Below are positions 47,622 through 59,715 of a stretch of DNA of 64,000 bases, piece after piece. The DNA is taken from NCBI GenBank assembly GCA_043228905.1, contig JBHGNT010000012.1, positions 3,038,001 through 3,102,000 of the forward strand, in the 5' to 3' direction. Position 1 is the first letter of the stretch; every line of letters begins with the position of its first letter. The stretch is from Azolla caroliniana. Taxonomy: Eukaryota > Plantae > Polypodiophyta. The translations under genes and the position numbers were made by a program. The notes beneath the pieces were generated by a model that worked only from the letters and a program-made list of their open reading frames with translations, made no database searches and had not been told where the DNA came from.

Positions 47622-50600
47622 TATTGTAGGTTTGCATCTTCCTTCCAGTGAACAATTAATGGGACAAGTCTTGGTTGATGATACTTTTATGTTTCTACAG
47701 ACCTCAAAAGAAAATCTTGAAAGGAGTGTGCAAGTTTAGGATCAATTTGTCTTGGCTTCAGGGTTGTATATAAATTAAAGGAAGTATTTCCTTATTTCTT
47801 GGATAGAGAGTGATTTGAAAAGTTTGGGATGACAAGGGTCAGTGATTATACAAGGATCAATTTATGAGCATTTGGAGCATCCATTAGGTCTTGACGTTGC
47901 AAATGTTCAACAAATTGATTATAGATTGGTAGTAAATTGAAGGACAAATTTACGCATTAGAAGTCTCAATTATGGCCATTTCATGTACGACTCAAAATGG
48001 TGCAATGTATCAAGAACCCATGTTATTATATTTTTTACCAATGTAAATTCTCAATTCATGTTATCGTAGAAGGTAGAAAACATGGATTTCATGGAACCAT
48101 TTGGCTACTCCCAAATGGTTAGGTAGTACTTCAATATTGAATTTGGAAATGCATTTAATAGCATGTAGTTTTGCATTATGATGAGATATGTATCAATAAG
48201 ATGAACCATAGATATCTATGATACAATATTCTATTTAGCATGAAAGATTGGTGCATGGGAAAACTAAGATTTAAGCATCGCGGTAGCCATTGTTCAATGG
48301 ATGTATTCCTCTAAGGATTCAACATTATGTATGTACGCAACAATTGATAAGGCCATGGCAAGATGCCTTATTTTTTTTCCAGTAAGTACCATCAAGTAAT
48401 TGAGAACTTTACAATTCAATATAAAATGAATTGTTTGTTTTTTCTCGCTTATAGCATTGGCATAGAAAAGAGAAAGTTGATATCTCAATTCAATCATTTA
48501 TTTTGATTGAGGGTTGTAGACTTAAGGGAGTAGTTGATAATGAATCTCAAAGGTTGTCAGAATTTGAAGATATACCCCAAATTATGGGTTTCTTGGTAGA
48601 AATTATAAGACATATCATATACCTTTGTCGCATGGATCTTTGCTCATGAAAACAAATGGTGCACCTTGGGTGGATTAGCAGTAAAGGATGATACATGTGT
48701 GTTACAGGTCACTACAAACCTAAAGGGAAAAAGGTGTGGAAATGTATGTAAGTCAAATGCAAGGTGGTGGCAAACATTGCAACATGGTTGTCATTCCCAT
48801 TTTCCATTTCATGCACAAAGGTATTAATATGGAGAGTCATGATTGGTGGGCTCCCTCTAAGTACATGCTTCTTTTGCATCATTCCATTAGATTTCAATAC
48901 ACAGAAGTTCATTAAATGCCCTATAGTGCATATCATTTGGAAGTATCGGAGATTTGGCAAGTTTTAATCCATTGTTATTTGAGGCTTCAACAATGGGATT
49001 TTACTCAATATGTTCAAAATGATCCAAATGATGAGTTAGAGATATTGTTCTATTTTTTACAATATTGGGGAGTCAGGACTACAATACAATTAGAATATGT
49101 GTAATACTTTCATGTTTGATGATGGATATGAGGTGAAAGCCTATGTGAAGAAGTTCAAAGGCATTCTCATGTGAAATTTTGGATAGATAGAGAGATAGAT
49201 AGATATTTTTAGTGTCCATAGAGAGGTCAATATTGGCCCATGGGACCTAAGTACGAAACTACAAATGTTTTTTGGACGTTAAAGCATGCGGGGATCATTT
49301 CCTCGAGGGCATATTCAGGTTTTATAATGGCTTTAGAGGATATCCCTCTCCCTACATAGATAAGTAGAGAAGACTAAGAAGTTGTAACAAGTGGGTTTTA
49401 CATACCATTAATATAATTGTGTGCTTTTACTAGAGAAAGAACCAAGCCTTTGTTTCTATTTATCCCCTTCTTTTATTGGGTAGTTAGGGGACGAACAATC
49501 ATATTGATTGCATCATTCAAACATATGGTCATTAAAGTTTGTCGACTACATCAAGTACCTGATTATATATATGGTAGTAATTAATTGCAAGAGACCTTGA
49601 TACTATTGATGATGTTGTGATTTAATACTCAATGTATAGTTATAGGTGGTTTATCATACATTTACATTAGTGTTTTACTCATACAACCCATTAAACCACC
49701 AACAAAAGCTTTGTAGGTTAAGGAACTTATATATAAGAGCAATTACCTCCAAGATGAGGTTTTCTCCATCAACATTTTGTCAAAAGATGAATTAAGCGCA
49801 TTCATAGTCAAGAGTCAAAACTCAAGACTCAAGACTCAACCCATAGAGAAATTAGGGGAAAAAAATTCATTCAAAATAGGAACAATAGATTGATATGAAA
49901 ATAGGAAAAGGTTCATAGTCAAGACTCAAGACTTTAAACCAGTTGAGTATAGAGAACTCACATCCAATAAAATATTGTAACATTGATCAAATTGAGTACA
50001 GATTTTACCAGTTTAACAAAATCACAAAAAAAGTGATGCTCTTGTTGTTGAAACATTCATATTGTTCACATTCATTAGAATCTGTGTAAACTTGGGCAAG
50101 AAGGCAAATGTCCAATGGATTCATGGAGAAAACTAGATTATTTTACTTAAAAAATGAAAGGGACGGGATCTGTCTCCATTCTTATGAAACCCCCACATAC
50201 TTTATACCTTTGTAGATGAGGCACATGAAACATTCTTCTCATTTCAATATTTCTTCCTTAACATTCAAAGAAAGTCATTTTCTATCTTTAGATGTAACTA
50301 GCATCCCAAATCATCTCCAAGAAGGGGTTGGATGAGAGTTCTTGATGCCTCTCAACATTCAAATACCTTTATTGATATAAGGTTCCTTAATGTAGCTAGA
50401 TTCTTCTACACCCATTACCTTTGTTTCCATTGTTATTGGTTTCCATCAAAGATCAATTAAAGAATCTCTAGGTTCGTAAATGTATGGGAATAATGAGGCA
50501 ACCTTGTGCCCAAGAAAAAGTCATTTATGATTGAAAGAAAGTGCATAAATGTTGCCAACGAGATTGAAACAAGAGCATTATATGTGATGTTTTAGCGCTA

Positions 50601-51120
50601 TGAAAATTAGAAAGAGGGGGGAAGAGGACAAAAACATTTAGTGTTCGCCTAAGTAGCTCTCGTATGTTGTGTTAATAAAGTAAAACTCATGATATGTGTG
50701 TGTTTCAAGACGATATCTTAAAAACACTTGCTTTATCTCTCTACAAATGACATTTCCCTCTAGAACTTGATTCCTTACATTACATGTTGTACAAGGTTCT
50801 AGGAAATGGGTATGTACTTTACAAGTTGTCAATCATCACTCTAAGAAGAAGAAAGTTTAATAATTTTGCATCATGTCACTAAGGCATTTGCTAATGGAAT
50901 ACCAACACCTTAACATTAACTAGCTACTCCCTACAATCCTACATTAGAGCTTGAGATGTAAGGTTTATGTATTATTAGTTTCTTTTTGTCGCATATTGTA
51001 CAAAACCTTCTAGGTAAAGGAAAGGAATGGTCATGGGAATGGAATGAGAATTAGGGCATATGAATGTGGCCATCCATTACACCAAAGAATAAAAGAGCAA
51101 TTAGAGAGGTAGTTCGTAAG

Positions 51121-51708
51121 CTAGAAGCATGCAAGCTTACATGTGCCTCCTTTGCGGGTGCGACCTTCACAAGCTTCGATGTCAAGCCAAGTGTCGGGGG
51201 CTTCATCTTGGAATGTCTCTGTGGTCACATTCACATTTACTTTGTTGAAGAAAACTTGGTATTGGCATTGCATGCCAGCAGCATGTAAATCTCCCATAAG
51301 AGACTGTATCACTTTCTCATCCACACTCCTTGCTATTGTCAATATACTAGTAGCCCCTATGTTGTTGCCTTCATTATGTTCTAATGAAATTGATGATCGA
51401 TCTTGTTTCCTCATTGTATGATTAGCGCCCATCATCACCATGTGAATCTTTCTCCTTGCCATTCGAGCTCGGAAAACTGTGAGGCTCCAAGTGGATTCGC
51501 CAGAACCGAGGAAAATCTTTGCACGAGAGCAAATCTCCTGCTCAATATGTGACACTATGTGGCTACTTATGCTCACATTAGGTATCCCTAGATTTATCGA
51601 GAACTCGGAAGAGTTGAAGAACGTGTCATCCGGGAAATTGGGCAGGTCGGGAATTTTGCTCCACAAGCCAACTACTTGCAACCCAGATTGTCTCAATGAG
51701 GTCACAAC
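51121..51708 (-). CDS. O-fucosyltransferase-family gene, exon 5 (last)
   Basis: AG acceptor at 51709-51710, phase 0; IEQEICSRAKIFLGSGESTWS motif; TAG stop. Confidence 0.88.
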   Translation of the reverse strand, partial: VVTSLRQSGLQVVGLWSKIPDLPNFPDDTFFNSSEFSINLGIPNVSISSHIVSHIEQEICSRAKIFLGSGESTWSLTVFRARMARRKIHMVMMGANHTMRKQDRSSISLEHNEGNNIGATSILTIARSVDEKVIQSLMGDLHAAGMQCQYQVFFNKVNVNVTTETFQDEAPDTWLDIEACEGRTRKGGTCKLACF

Positions 51709-52020
51709 CTAGAAAATAGCATAAATATATATTGAGGAATGATGTCCATTGTATGAATTGTCTGTCCTTATTATAACTCTATATGTATACATATATACAT
51801 ACATATATATGTACATATAGAGACACTCTAGATTAAAGTTTTAGACGTTTTTCCAAGTGGGAAAAATGTCAATTTCCCTTGCACCATCTCATCTCAGAAG
51901 CCCAAAACATTGGGTCCGAAACCACAACAATGTGGGAATCATAATGCAAAAATGTCTAAAACTTCTCGGAATAGATAGATAGATTGGGATGTATGTATGT
52001 ATGTATGTATATGTCCACAC

Positions 52021-52325
52021 CTCTTTCACAAGTGTCTTGCCACGCTCTCCCCTTAGCCATCCATCGGTCGCTAAGTACACGGACGACACATTTTCCAAAC
52101 GAGCCTTATCGAGAATTGCATCGACGATGTCTCGCTCTTTGACAGTTAAGCCGACTATATGGTATCGGCCTAGAATGCAATGGCTACCATTACGGAGATT
52201 CCGGTTCCAATCTTTGCGAACCAATGGATGGAGGCCAGAACTTATGACTGAACCATCTCGACATCGAAGGAAACAGAGGCCGATATCATCCTTAGGGCAA
52301 TTCACCTCGTCAAATCTCCAATGTA
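52021..52325 (-). CDS. O-fucosyltransferase-family gene, exon 4
   Basis: AG/GT boundaries with consistent phase; VHWRF and VYLATD motifs. Confidence 0.88.
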
Positions 52326-52461
52326 CTAGGACAAGGGGCAAAAGGTTATCAAGACAATTATTTGCACTGAACACTAGTTACATGCGTGTATGCCAATTCA
52401 TGTATGCATTCATGCATGGATGTGTGTGTCTATATGTATGTATGTATGTATGTATAGATAC

Positions 52462-52780
52462 CTGCTAGAAATGGATGTTGTATTGGAGTACTGGACAAAG
52501 CTGGAGGCATAGCATGGACATGGCCATCTCTTCTCTGAACCTTGTCATTGTGATTGTGTTGCAAGATTTGGGCTCGGAGGAGGATCGCGGAAGCCGCCTG
52601 CGAGATAGCGGTAGACGGCTGCAAATAGGCGGCTGCCGCCAAATAAGCGCCTCTCCATCGAAGCCCCGGGAAGAGGCCACCCAAACCCACACACCTCTCC
52701 GAAGTGTAGCTTGAAAAAGCTTCCTCTATTTGCCTCTCTGATTCCCATCCAACAAAAGACCAAGATAGCTTGTGGGTTGT
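52462..52780 (-). CDS. O-fucosyltransferase-family gene, exon 3
   Basis: gtag|ACA...GCA G|gtat; open frame TTHKLSWSF...HPFLA joins VHWRF. Confidence 0.82.
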
Positions 52781-52851
52781 CTACCATATATGTCACCAAA
52801 CATACCACATTTTGGTATTCTCATATAATTCATTTGCTCTTATGAGTTAAA

Positions 52852-52988
52852 GTTAGTACTTAACTAACTTACACAACACTACATGTGGGGTGCACTTTTG
52901 AATGGAGTATCAAATTTTGTTAGTTAGTACTTAACTAACTTACATAACACTACTTCTGGGGTGCACTTTTGAATGGAGTACCAAATTT
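52852..52988. repeat. ~70-bp tandem duplication in intron 2
   Basis: ttagtacttaactaacttaca...gggtgcacttttgaatggagta x2. Confidence 0.85.
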
Positions 52989-53335
52989 TTGTGTCTACAT
53001 TTCGTAATGTTTAAGCTTCTAACACTAGTGGGAAAGAAAGCAACCCAAATTAGTCTCGACATCCGACATTTAAATGCTTGAAATTAAATTCCTTCATGGA
53101 GAGTTGATTCAATAATCGGCCTTCATGGCATCATTTGCAATACGAAAAGATGGGTACTAAAAGATCTATTCGGGACATTGTTGTTAAATTGATCACTATC
53201 TATTTTTATTCACACTTCTGGTTTGTACATTAACTTAAACAATATGCAAATGACATTAACTTACAATATGCACATGATCACTGAACAAATATGCCATAAG
53301 ATCACATGGATGGGATTTTGCGTCTTAATGATTAC

Positions 53336-53523
53336 CACATTCGAGGACCATTTCCAGTGTTGAATGTGCGTAGGGAGCGTGTTTTTGAGCCACCAGAAGC
53401 TATCGAGATTAGCCCCACAAGCTCTCAAGCAATTCTCTTCGCTCGAAACACGGACAAATCTCGAGAATGTGTCTGCATTGTATCGGTCCTCAAACGCTAA
53501 GCCGTCATTCAATAGGTGATGAC
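53336..53523 (-). CDS. O-fucosyltransferase-family gene, exon 2
   Basis: tttag|GT CAT...AAT GTG|gtaat; phases 1 and 0 match the neighbouring exons. Confidence 0.85.
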
Positions 53524-54020
53524 CTAAACATTTATGTTAACTCATCACACAAATCAATCACTCTTAATCCTAATAAATTTAAACCTTTTCCTCCTCAAGT
53601 ATAGCACTCAAATCCATCCAGATGACCTTAACATTCATAAACTCATCACACAAATCAATCACTCTTAATCCTGATTAATTGAACCCACAACTCTCAAAGC
53701 CAATCTATTCATGAACCTTTTCCTCCACCAAATATAGCACACAAATCCATCCACATGACCTTTACATTCATGGTAACTCAATCAAATCAATCAATCACTC
53801 TTAATCCTGATTAATTGAACCCACAACTCTCAAAAAGCCAATCAATTCATGAACCTTTTCCTCCCCAAAATAATATGCTCACACAAATCCATCCACATGA
53901 CCTTAACATTCATAAACTCATCACACAAATCAATCACTCTAAATCCTGATTAATTAAAACCACAACTCCATGAACCTTTTTCCATCCCAAATATAGCACA
54001 CAAAATCCATATCCACATGT
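53520..54020. repeat. About four degenerate 100-140-bp tandem units filling intron 1
   Basis: gaccttaacattcat..aactcatcacacaaatcaatcactcttaatcctga repeated. Confidence 0.85.
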
Positions 54021-54078
54021 AATGTCATGAATCTTCAGTGATTGTAATGACTAACTGGGTAAGGACTAAATCACCCAC

Positions 54079-54670
54079 CATTGTTGAGTTTAAGAAGAAG
54101 CTGGTGCTTGGCTGGGCCAGAGAAGAAAGGGGTCAAGCACAAGGTCCTATTTGTACTCCTGGCCACTACAGCAGCACCCATGTACTCCATCACCTGGTTG
54201 TTGTCTCCCACATGGCTACTCAGCAAGGGCACTATGAACTTATGATCATCATATCCATCATCATGGAGTGGATCCTTATGTTTTGCTCCAATTTCTCCTT
54301 CATTGAACTTTGAAGTATCACTGTCTTTAGCATTCATACCACTTTGATTTCTGATGTTTCCACTGTACCTATGGACACTGCCCAAATCATCAATCCCTTC
54401 TGAATCCTTGAATTTTATATCTGTATCACTGTTTTTAGCCTCAATATGACTATGATTTCTGGTGTTTTGGATGTTCTGGGCACTGCCCATATCGTCAATA
54501 ACATCATCATGATAGTGATTAGTGTTAATTATACTGAAACTACTTAACGTCATGAGCATCAGAAGAAGAATGATGGTCAGCATTAAGGAGGCTATGGCTA
54601 CACTAGTATACTTAGAAGCATTCTTGTGATTGAAATAAACAGGCACTAGATTTAGAGTTGGCATGATCAT
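54079..54670 (-). CDS. O-fucosyltransferase-family (PF10250-like) type II membrane protein, exon 1; joined CDS 1992 nt, ~663 aa; start codon uncertain
   Basis: Hydrophobic TM segment, stem region, GDNNQ...AAVVARSTNRTLCL motif; donor AAT G|gtggg. Confidence 0.82.
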
Positions 54671-55200
54671 GATCCCTTGGTCTTTCTTGAACAGTACCAG
54701 AAAACAATTCAAATTTATATATGTGCGTTACTTATTTTAACAAGCTCTGTACATCAGTGGAGTGGAATGTGTATCAACAACCCATTCTGATTCTGCAGAT
54801 GAATCTGAACCCAATTTGGTCCCTGCAATTTGACCTAAACCCAATTGATGGTGTGGCTCCATGGAGATGGGGATAATGATTACTAATATGATGATGAGGT
54901 GAATCCATCATATTCCACAATAATCTGAGTAATTTGAGTGGGCTTTTGTTTTGGAAACTCAAGCTCTCTACCTTAAATCTAGCACTCACTTCGCCAAAAG
55001 CCCAGATATTCTGGCTAAATTAGAGGCATCATATACCATGCCATGGAACCTTTTCCTACCTTTTTTCTTTTTCCTTTACTCTGCATAATTTTTACTCAAA
55101 ATAAAAAATGGAGCCCTTTAACTTTTGTTATTAGACCATATCTTTCCACTTTTGCAGTGTCTTGTGGTGTTTCAAAGGATTTGGATAGTGAGAAATCCAT

Positions 55201-55610
55201 TGTTGGAATTGGCAACCGTTCGGTTTCGGCATAACCGGTTTGGCCTTGTCCAAACCAAACCGATTGGAAGTTTTCAAACTCTAATCAAACTGGTTCCTAA
55301 ACCAGTTTGTTCAAGCCGTTTATGATTAACCGGTTTGTCCAAACCGGTTCCTAAATTGGTTTGGCCCAATTCGGTTCAGTTCAGTTCCTAAACTGGTTTA
55401 GGCTTAACCAATTTGTCCAAACCGTTTAGACTTAATCGGTTTCTAAACTGGTTGGTCCAATTCAGTTTGGTTTGGTTCCTAAACTGGTTTAGGCTTAACC
55501 AGTTTGTCCAAACCGTTTAGACTTTACCAGTTTGGCCCAATTCGGTTCAGTTCGGCTCGGCTCGGCTCGGCTTGGCTAGAACCCACAACCTTCGGTGCCA
55601 CATTGAAGCA
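55201..55610. repeat. AAACCG/CGGTTT-rich repeat array, probable decayed MITE or DNA-transposon end upstream of the gene
   Basis: Many aaaccg/ggttc/aaactggtt motifs in both orientations; only weak terminal inverted similarity. Confidence 0.5.
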
Positions 55611-58600
55611 CAAAAGCTTTTACAACTAACTATACACTATGGCCTAAACGAGATGCACACGCCTCTTTAGAGTTCATTTCGCTACTACGTGAGCGGGACT
55701 TTTTAAAGTCTCTTAGATGATAGAAGAAAAGCCAACACTTTCACATTGTGCTTTAGCATCTGATGTGTTGGTCGGGAATGTACATTGTACATCTCTCGAT
55801 CTCTTTCTCTCTCACCGAAATCTTTACTGTTGAGTATTTTACCCATACCGTGCTCTCAACTCTGTTCCCTCGCATCATCTACTCGCCTACATACCATTCA
55901 TTCTCTCTTGCCATTTTTACCATGAAGATTTTACCTATACACCATGATCTCTTTTTCTCGCCTTTATGTATTTCTTGTACATATTTTTTAGTTGTCCCAT
56001 CGTCGTCATAAAGAAACGATACAATCCATTGAGTATCATGAAAGAAATACTCTTGCTTTAGAGTAATTGCCGGAGGAAGGCTCTTTACTTCTTGTCATGG
56101 ATGTGGGCCCCCTTCCCATCCATTTGCCTAGTTCTTTCGTAGAAACAAGTTCCCTATTGATACCCAAAGCCATGGCACCATTTTTCAAAATATAGCTACG
56201 ATGCAAGTAAAGTAGACATTTCATAAACTAAAAACCCACATCCGTTTACTGCTTGTTTGATCTCCCTTATTCATCTACTTGTAGTTGCATGCCACTTTAC
56301 ATAGAACAACTCCAAACACTATCTAGGAACCGAATTATTCTTCAAGGCCAAGTCCCCCTCCAAGTAAGAACCCTAAATGATGCTTCTACCTATTATTCAA
56401 TTTAATCAAGCTCACAACAAAAGTTCAAGTGAAATTACTAGCCTAAAAATATATATAGAAACCACGCTAGCCACATGTTGTAACCTTGCACAATGCTAAA
56501 GTGTTGAGGAAGGTGTAAGACATATTCCTTCTTTAATGTCACCATGCATCAAAGATTGTGATCATTTCACATGGTTATGTTCGGAAAGTAAATTTATGTC
56601 TTGAGAACGACTATGTAATATATATGTATGTATGTATGTATGTATACTTTTTATGTATCTATGCACATATGAAGATGTGGGGCAACATCTACCTCAACAA
56701 ATGATAGAAGGTAAAACTTATACTCATTGTGAAGATGAGTGTTGCAAGATTTAGCACGACAAGCTAAGACTGGTTGTGTGCAACTTAAGGGGGGGTCTTT
56801 TGAGTTCGTTTCAAGACTCCAAAAGATGAATACATACATACACCCCTATTATCCTATCTACATTATATGATAAATCTTCATTTGAAAATCTTCTTTCCTA
56901 CCTATTCATTCTAAATATACAAAAGTATTGCTCAATAAATTTATCTATTATAGCTTTAAATGGATATTATGATCATTATAAAACACTTTGTGATGTATTG
57001 AACAATTTATTCAATGTCATCGTTATCGTTTTCCCATTAGTTACTACTACTTACTTACAGGTGGTTTGGAACTACATTTTAATAATTGAATGAAAATTTA
57101 CTTGGACATTCCATGCTAACCCTTTAGTGTAAATTGTTCGGAACTACATTTTTATAGGAATAAAATAAAGAAATCTTCAATGAGTTTCATGAAAGCACGA
57201 GTCCATCTATGATTCCAACCGCATATTCAATGAGGTTCACATGTATGGGGAAAAGTGATGAAAACGAACATCATAGACCTATGGAGGCTTTGAAAGATTT
57301 CGAGAGATAAACAAATTGTTTTGATACATTGAAGAATACTCAACTACATATGAAGAATCACGCAAACTTTTGACTTAGATACATAATCCAATTGAAATGG
57401 CCTCTTGTTACCATTACTTATGTTCACATGATGACAATTCAACAACTTCCCAACCTCATGTTTCTCCAATTTGTCCCACAAAACTTTCTCCAATGGCAAG
57501 AACATTCACCATTTTTTCTAAAAAATAAACTCTCTTTTGGATATAACTCTAAATATGTTTTTCTTGTTGCTTAACTTCCTTTTTTTATAACAGAAACAAA
57601 AACATATTAACTTCCTTTTTTACAAAAGTTAGCATCTTCTTCTTGTCCAATCTTTTTATTTTTAATTATTCTTCATTTTCACTTTTTTAACCTTTTCAAG
57701 AGATCAAATTTGTTGATTTCATATGAGGAGCTTAATTTTCTGATGACAAGGTGCTAAAGACTCATGATGTGGCATCCTTGTTGCCCTAATATGGCACCAA
57801 AACCTTATTTTATCAACCACTTACGTGGCTAAGCTAACACTATTTGAGCATTAACTCTATTGTCACAAACCTGCCGTATGTTATCTTTATAGTTATTATC
57901 TTAGATACCATGTTGTGTCCTAATAATCATAGGCTCCCAAAACACAACCATAGGCAATATAGAAGAAAAGGAAGATATCTAGGAAAATCAAGTCTCTCAA
58001 TTGTAGGACTTCAAATATGTGACTCGTTTTGGATAGTGGATTCATTCACGCGCTTAATGGGTCCAAAAAAAGAGGATAATTTGTCGAACTAGTGACCCAA
58101 CATTCGAAGAACTTGGATCTATCAAAAGAAGCATAAGACAATTGATTTGGCGTGAGAGTGAGTGAAATAGATACGACAATTTTAAAGTTCTCTTATGAAC
58201 TATTCGACTTGTCCCTAACAAATAATCTAGCTTCTCCTACTAGTTGAAAGATATGAGAAAGTTGAACCCAAAACAAAATGATTGTGTTGTCTTTCGTACA
58301 CATCCATGAAACTAAAGACTATAGTATCCTTCTTTTTTCTAATGAGAGTAAATGATTTTAAGATTGAATTAAATGGCCATAATAAGTGATGAGAAAGGGG
58401 TGTTTGGATGCACATAGTTTACTTTAGAGCAATGCACCACCAAAGATACACATGATGCTATTATACATTGATCCACTATCCTCGGACCAAAGGACCATCA
58501 ATGGGATTTGGGAACATCTCCCCAATGGCAAAATCCATGTCAAACATCAACACATAAAAGCACTTACCTCTCCACTCTTTGCAACTCTAAAAGCCTAGAA

Positions 58601-59715
58601 GGCTTCCTAAATTAACATAAAATTAACACACCTAATAGCTATGCTAATTAAGAAATATGATTGGTCTTGGTTAAATAAGTAAATACTATATAAGAAACAT
58701 ACAAGGTGTCTCGACTAAGTAAAAAATATTCATATCTCAATTAATTAATATAAAAAAACTCCATGGAGGAAAGTGCTCTTCATGGATGCAAAGGGGAGAT
58801 AATAAAGACCAAAAGGCAGCCCAGAAGTTGGGCCACCCAAAGGCCCCTTTTACATGAAAACTCTAGCCCATTTATACCAATTGGAAAACTTGAAGGGTGA
58901 AGTTGGTGATAAAGGCACAAGAGATCTTGTTTTCCACCACTGATAAACAATGGTGTAGGTAGGTTTTCTCCAATCAAATCATGCATCAATTGATGTTACT
59001 GCAAGAGATATGCAGTGAAGTTGTAGCAACACTAAAGATCCAATACGATGGCCTCACGGGTGGAACCAATAGAGCCGAAAGACAATGATTAGCATTCATC
59101 TAACAATGGTCGTCCTCTCCCTTCCTTGAGTCAGAGGGACTCCACATAAGATGGAACTATTGCGTCCCTTCTGGGATTTGTATATAACATTCTCATCTAT
59201 AAAATTTAATGGAAGGAGTGTTTTTATTGGGGGGGGGGATAATAAAAAAACGTGAAGGGCCCCTTTCATATTACAAGCCCATCAACCATTAATCATTCTT
59301 ACTTAATAAAGGGTGGTTCCCCACAAATTACAATATGGCATGTTTCGTACATACGTTTGACCTATGACCAATATTTTGTATTGGATTATATTAAGCCTTA
59401 TAGGGGGGGTTAAAACTATGGTATTATTTCCCTTAACATTCACAATAAACACAAAAGCGGGTCACTTATCCATGAAAATAGATCATTCATAACAAAAGTA
59501 ATTATTAAGTCAAAGATCAACGAAACAATATGCAACTAGAATCATTGTGTTTGATGCATTAAAAACACTACTCTCCAAAATTGGACTTGTGAGCTTATCC
59601 TTGTGATGTACTTTCAACGTGAGAATGTTGAAAACAACCCCAAGTGCACATGTGAACCCTCATCTTGTGTATCCTCAACACTAGTGATATACTTTTTCTT
59701 TTTTGTTTCCGAAAA

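Larger units (their letters stand above)
41200..49180 (+). pseudogene. Second, heavily decayed L1-like LINE, interrupted by Copia F (boundaries approximate)
   Basis: LVDDTFMFL RT motif near 47670; zf-RVT-like KVLIWRVMIGGLP..CFFC..IKCPIVHIIW at 48764-48967. Confidence 0.7.

Noticed and set aside
55700-59700. Possible decayed DNA-transposon or gene fragments in AT-rich intergenic DNA (also 61600-63660)
   Set aside because: No motif, terminal repeat or splice pattern could be supported by eye.
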